From the IMG/VR virus record IMGVR_UViG_3300032247_000579, positions 1 through 28,285 of that record: DNA of 28,285 nucleotides; one strand, written 5' to 3'. Below are positions 24,563 to 28,285 of the stretch, piece after piece (position 1 is the stretch's first letter; every line of letters starts with the position of its first letter). Origin of the DNA: a virus (lineage: Duplodnaviria; Caudoviricetes). The notes beneath the pieces are model-generated. The model saw only the letters and a program-made list of their open reading frames with translations. It was not told the origin of the DNA and searched no databases. The position numbers and the translations under genes are program-made.

Positions 24563-26581
24563 GTGCTTTCATTTCGACTTTCTAATGACTTCATCTCTAC
24601 CTACAACGAAAAGAAAGTGCCATGGGGTTACGAAGATGCTGGCGGTAATGCGGTAGGCGAGATTACATTCCTGCGTACCTATTCCCGTAAGAAAGAAGAC
24701 GGCACAAAGGAAACGTGGGTAGAGGTATGCCGACGTGTTATTGAGGGTATGTATTCAATCCAGAAAGACCACTGCAATACTAACCGTCTCCCATGGAATG
24801 AGAACAAGGCACAGGCATCCGCAAAAGAAGCGTTTGACCGCCTGTTTAATCTTAAGTGGACTCCTCCCGGCCGAGGCCTCTGGGTTATGGGCACTCCACT
24901 GGTAAATGAACAAAAGAACTCGGCTGCTCTTCAGAACTGCTCCTTTGTATCTACTGAAAGCATGACTAAGCACGACCCTGCCAAGCCATTCCGTTTCTTG
25001 ATGGAGGCCTCAATGTTGGGTGTAGGCGTAGGCTTTGATGACAAGGGTGCTGATAAAGAGTTTACTATTCACGCGCCAACACAAACAATCGTGCGCCCAA
25101 TCATTCCAGACACTCGTGAAGGTTGGGTAGACTCACTGGGTCTACTAATCAACTCCTACCTTAGACCCGACCAACCTACTTATGAGTTTGATTACTCTGA
25201 AATCCGACCAGCAGGAGAACTAATCAAGACATTCGGTGGCACGGCAGCTGGGCCTGATCCGCTAATCTCACTCCACGACCACATTAGACGCATCTTCTCA
25301 AGTAGAGAAGGTGAACTCTTAACTAGAGTTGATGTTGCTGACATTGGAAACCTCATCGGTGTCTGCGTAGTCTCCGGGAATGTCCGGCGATCCGCTGAGT
25401 TGCTTATGGGTCGTTTAGATGATGACAACTTCCTTAATCTTAAGAATAGTGAGCGTTTCCCAGAGCGTAACTCGTACGACCCCGCTGCGCCGGGATGGGG
25501 CTGGATGTCCAACAACTCAGTAGGTATCGGAGTCGGTGACGACCTGTCTGGTATTATTGAGAACATTGCTACTAATGGCGAACCCGGGGTAATCTGGATG
25601 GATGTAACCCGTAAGTACGGCCGCCTGATTGACCCACCGAACAACAAGGACTGGCGAGTTGCTGGTTACAACCCATGTGCAGAGCAAAGTCTAGAGTCGT
25701 TCGAGTGCTGTACCCTTGTCGAGACCTACCTCAACCGACACGACAACCTTGAGGACTACAAGCGTACTCTGAAGTTTGCTTACCTATACGCCAAGACCGT
25801 TACCCTTCTCCCAACTCACTGGGAAGAAACTAACGCTATCATGCAACGCAACCGCCGTATCGGAACTTCTATGTCAGGAGTAGCAAACTTCGCAGACATC
25901 AACGGGCTGCCGACCTTGCGTGACTGGATGGACAAGGGCTACGATACTGTACAGAACTATGACCGCCTTTATTCAGAGTGGCTTGGTATTCGTGAGTCTA
26001 TTAAGACTACTACTGTTAAGCCCTCGGGAACTGTGAGCATCCTCGCTGGTGAAAGCCCCGGCGTTCATTGGACTCCCGGCGGTATGTACTTCTTGCGTAC
26101 TATTCGCTTTAGTAATGATGACCCAATGTTGCCTCTCTTCAACTACGCGGGCTACCGAGTAGAGCCAGCAAGCGAGTCGCCAACTACTACTAGCGTAGTA
26201 TTCTTTCCAGTAAAGTCTGACGCTCTCCGCTCGGAGAAAGACGTATCTATCTATGAAAAGGTCGCTCTCTCTGCTATGGCACAGCGTCACTGGTCTGATA
26301 ACTCTGTATCAGTTACGGTTTCTTTCAATAAGGAAACTGAGAAGCAAGATGTTGGTACGGTACTGCACCTCTTTGACGGCCAGTTAAAGACGGTATCTTT
26401 CCTACCTATGGGAAATGCGGTTTACCCTCAAATGCCTTACACTCAAATCTCTCAAAATGAGTACGAGAAGTACACAGAGCAACTGCTACGCATTGACTTC
26501 ACAGATGTGTACGCAGGAATGGCAAGTGATGCTATTGGAGAGAAGTATTGCAGTACGGACTTCTGCGAAATCCCTAAGTAA
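24563..26581 (+). CDS. nrdJ: Class II (adenosylcobalamin-dependent) ribonucleotide reductase, monomeric RTPR type
   Basis: PPGRGLW, LQNCSF, LGVGVGFD, GNVRRSA, NPCAEQSLESFECCTL, TTVKPSGTVS and a C-terminal CSTDFC pair. AAGGAG SD before the GTG start. Confidence 0.95.
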   Translation: MLSFRLSNDFISTYNEKKVPWGYEDAGGNAVGEITFLRTYSRKKEDGTKETWVEVCRRVIEGMYSIQKDHCNTNRLPWNENKAQASAKEAFDRLFNLKWTPPGRGLWVMGTPLVNEQKNSAALQNCSFVSTESMTKHDPAKPFRFLMEASMLGVGVGFDDKGADKEFTIHAPTQTIVRPIIPDTREGWVDSLGLLINSYLRPDQPTYEFDYSEIRPAGELIKTFGGTAAGPDPLISLHDHIRRIFSSREGELLTRVDVADIGNLIGVCVVSGNVRRSAELLMGRLDDDNFLNLKNSERFPERNSYDPAAPGWGWMSNNSVGIGVGDDLSGIIENIATNGEPGVIWMDVTRKYGRLIDPPNNKDWRVAGYNPCAEQSLESFECCTLVETYLNRHDNLEDYKRTLKFAYLYAKTVTLLPTHWEETNAIMQRNRRIGTSMSGVANFADINGLPTLRDWMDKGYDTVQNYDRLYSEWLGIRESIKTTTVKPSGTVSILAGESPGVHWTPGGMYFLRTIRFSNDDPMLPLFNYAGYRVEPASESPTTTSVVFFPVKSDALRSEKDVSIYEKVALSAMAQRHWSDNSVSVTVSFNKETEKQDVGTVLHLFDGQLKTVSFLPMGNAVYPQMPYTQISQNEYEKYTEQLLRIDFTDVYAGMASDAIGEKYCSTDFCEIPK

Positions 26582-26589
26582 ATAAGCAT

Positions 26590-26639
26590 AAAAAACTCCC
26601 CCCTTTCAGCGGAACAGACGGCTGATAAGGGGGGAGTTT
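26590..26639. terminator. Bidirectional Rho-independent terminator at the convergence of the two arms
   Basis: AAACTCCCCCCTT-TCAGC / GCTGA-T-AAGGGGGGAGTTT stem with A and T runs on its flanks. Confidence 0.85.
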
Positions 26640-26664
26640 GCTATTAGGTCTTATTGTACCCTAG

Positions 26665-26910
26665 TTAAAACATCTCTAAACCTACTAACTCTCCGTCATG
26701 GAGATTACCCTCATAGAAGTCTGTGTGTACAACTTGGTAATTGCTGTGCTTCCTGAACGTATTGGTAATGCGATTGACTGATACAAAGTTGTTGCACTCT
26801 GGACAGATTACATAGATAGTACGGCTATGAGCATAGACCCAGCGGTACAGGCTCTCTGATACCTTCTTACCGCTCAAATCGCAGGGGTTAGTGATGTGCT
26901 TATTCGCCAT
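26665..26910 (-). CDS. Small zinc-ribbon protein (MANKHITNPCDLSG...CPEC...RKH)
   Basis: GGAGAG SD before ATG 26910. Confidence 0.65.
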   Translation of the reverse strand: MANKHITNPCDLSGKKVSESLYRWVYAHSRTIYVICPECNNFVSVNRITNTFRKHSNYQVVHTDFYEGNLHDGELVGLEMF

Positions 26911-27496
26911 TAGACTCTCCACTCTTATTAAGTGTAGGCCACACTCCGTCAATAACCATCAAGCCAATGACACCGTAGTTAGCCAAGTCAAGGAAACTAT
27001 CTCTCAATGACTCATTCTCTGGGGCTACTCCTGTGTCAATTAGGTTGTTAATACGACTAATCTTGTCAAAGATACGGACACGCAAGCCGTTCAGCGGGCC
27101 GCCAGGGGCTTGTGCTATGTTGTTCGGGCCGTAATCTAATTGCTTCTTGACAAGCGTAGATGCTATCTCGTCATAGATAACATCAGCGTCATAGGTAAAT
27201 CGGTCAATGCTGTACTCGGTCACTTTATCTCTCCTAGGTTCTGGGGGTACACAACAGCCACAGCAACCATGTATGGCTTCGTACTTGTCTTTTGACTTGG
27301 GGTCGTCTGGGTCTGGGTGTCCTACACCACAGGGGCAGATACGTTCCATGATTGCCCTGTCACCACGCCAGTCTTGTGGGAATGACCTCATGTGGTGGTC
27401 ACTCATGTTATGAATAGTGCAGTCCTGACCAGCACACCTGCTTGGTTCATGCGTAGCAGATAGCACTCTCTCTGAGTTCTCTAGTTGGTGACTCAT
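26900..27496 (-). CDS. Cys/His-rich domain fused to a DUF1599 / nucleotide-modification-associated domain 1 (MazG-like)
   Basis: C-terminal KKQLDYGPNNI...GLRVRIFDKISRINNL...ESLRDSFLDLANYGVI; N-terminal C...CTIH..SDHHM...MERICPCGVGHPDPD. Confidence 0.75.
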   Translation of the reverse strand: MSHQLENSERVLSATHEPSRCAGQDCTIHNMSDHHMRSFPQDWRGDRAIMERICPCGVGHPDPDDPKSKDKYEAIHGCCGCCVPPEPRRDKVTEYSIDRFTYDADVIYDEIASTLVKKQLDYGPNNIAQAPGGPLNGLRVRIFDKISRINNLIDTGVAPENESLRDSFLDLANYGVIGLMVIDGVWPTLNKSGESNGE

Positions 27497-27696
27497 TCGT
27501 CACCGTCTAACGCTTTGATAGTTGGGCAGGGATAGTCTGAGTAGCAGTCTTGACACATAGTCCAGTCCTCAATGTACTCACCACAACAGTCAGGGTCACC
27601 GCACACGCTGTCGTTGGCATCCACTTCTTTGTGCAACTCACGCACACGCTGGATTGCTTCCTCCGCCTGATTGGCTCTCGCTAAAAAGTAAGTCAT
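27493..27696 (-). CDS. Small phage protein with RVRELH...CxxC...YPCPT motif
   Basis: GAGGTG SD and TAATG coupling favour ATG 27696 over 27735. Confidence 0.7.
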   Translation of the reverse strand: MTYFLARANQAEEAIQRVRELHKEVDANDSVCGDPDCCGEYIEDWTMCQDCYSDYPCPTIKALDGDE

Positions 27697-27872
27697 TAGT
27701 CTGTCACCTCTCTCATTTCTACGACCTCTAGCCACATCTTGAATAGTGCATCACGACTAGCCACATCTATTAACCTGTCTGTAAGTTCACCGTACAGTAA
27801 ACTTTCGGCACTCTCTGGTGAGTCAGCATCTATCTCAACGCTTAGGTTAATTTGTACATCATACTTAGGCAC
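27696..27872 (-). CDS. 58-aa protein (MPKYDVQINLSVEIDADSPESAE...), not in ORF track
   Basis: GAGGAG SD, GTG start, and a stop overlapping the next ATG. Confidence 0.7.
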   Translation of the reverse strand: MPKYDVQINLSVEIDADSPESAESLLYGELTDRLIDVASRDALFKMWLEVVEMREVTD

Positions 27873-28043
27873 TTATTTCTCCTCTGATAGTGCGTAGTTG
27901 TCGTTATCGTACAGGTCAATAAAGGCTACCCAATCTCCGTTAGGTAAATCCTCATGCTCGGCAATCGCTAGTTCAATCGCTTCACTCTCTGACTCTGCCT
28001 TTACCCAATAGGTAGCGGAGTATTCAACTTGATAAGTAAGCAT
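27873..28043 (-). CDS. 56-aa protein (MLTYQVEYSATYWVKAESESEAI...), not in ORF track
   Basis: TAATG coupling and GAGGTG SD; the stop abuts the next GTG. Confidence 0.7.
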   Translation of the reverse strand: MLTYQVEYSATYWVKAESESEAIELAIAEHEDLPNGDWVAFIDLYDNDNYALSEEK

Positions 28044-28168
28044 TACCCATTCACCTCGTAATCTATTGCCTCTGGAGTGGTCCTGCCGTCAAGGACAGCC
28101 CTGACCGCTTCCTCTCTCGTTTCTGCTTGAACCCAATGGGTTTCAATCTTTGTTACTTGGTACTCCAT
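28043..28168 (-). CDS. 41-aa protein (MEYQVTKIETHWVQAETREEAV...)
   Basis: AGGAGAGG SD before ATG 28168. The longer track ORF extension overlaps another frame. Confidence 0.7.
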   Translation of the reverse strand: MEYQVTKIETHWVQAETREEAVRAVLDGRTTPEAIDYEVNG

Positions 28169-28178
28169 AGTACCTCTC

Positions 28179-28283
28179 CTATTCATGGTAATCGGCGTGG
28201 TCTGTACAGCCACAGCAGTAAAGGCAGATGGCCTCATTGTCTTGCATAGCGACAGGGCAGGAGTCCTCAATGATGAAGTTGCC
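28179..28283 (-). CDS. C-terminal part of a Cys-rich protein (...DSCPVAMQDNEAICLYCCGCTDHADYHE), truncated by window edge
   Basis: Open frame from the window end to TAG at 28179-28181, which overlaps the next SD. Confidence 0.55.
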   Translation of the reverse strand, partial: GNFIIEDSCPVAMQDNEAICLYCCGCTDHADYHE

Positions 28284-28285
28284 AC

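Noticed and set aside
6618-26581. Inteins or introns in polA, recA or nrdJ
   Set aside because: All three are of normal length with contiguous motifs and no splicing signatures.
27728-27768. 12-bp direct repeat CTAGCCACATCT (27728 and 27757)
   Set aside because: Only two copies, inside a coding region, with no array or further copies seen.
27873-27910. C-terminus DNDNYALSEEK resembles the ssrA tag NDENYALAA
   Set aside because: The match is short, it lacks the terminal AA, and it resembles the proteobacterial rather than the actinobacterial tag. Likely chance.

Overview
This window is a segment of a tailed dsDNA phage genome. The host is almost certainly actinobacterial, given a WhiB factor, a DUF732-like lipoprotein and an actinobacterial-style tmRNA 5' end. 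Bases 1-26581 are a densely packed + strand replication, recombination and nucleotide-metabolism arm: DnaB-like helicase, primase, SNF2 helicase, SSB, family A DNA polymerase, RecA, two resolvase-like nucleases, Cas4-like nuclease, HslV-like protease, SpoVS-like protein, metallophosphoesterase, a nucleotidyltransferase/glycosyltransferase/HAD/TGT-like cluster and a class II RNR. This arm converges at a bidirectional terminator on small - strand genes. The most unusual part is the non-coding island at 4459-4817. It holds two tandem 27-nt pseudoknot-like units and an 81-nt RNA that is a complete tmRNA tRNA-like domain (G3.U70 acceptor, CCA) with no mRNA-like domain. These are followed by tRNA-Arg(UCU) and an unannotated ribbon-helix-helix gene that can apparently only start at ATT. 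All protein calls come from motif recognition by eye; no database searches were run.
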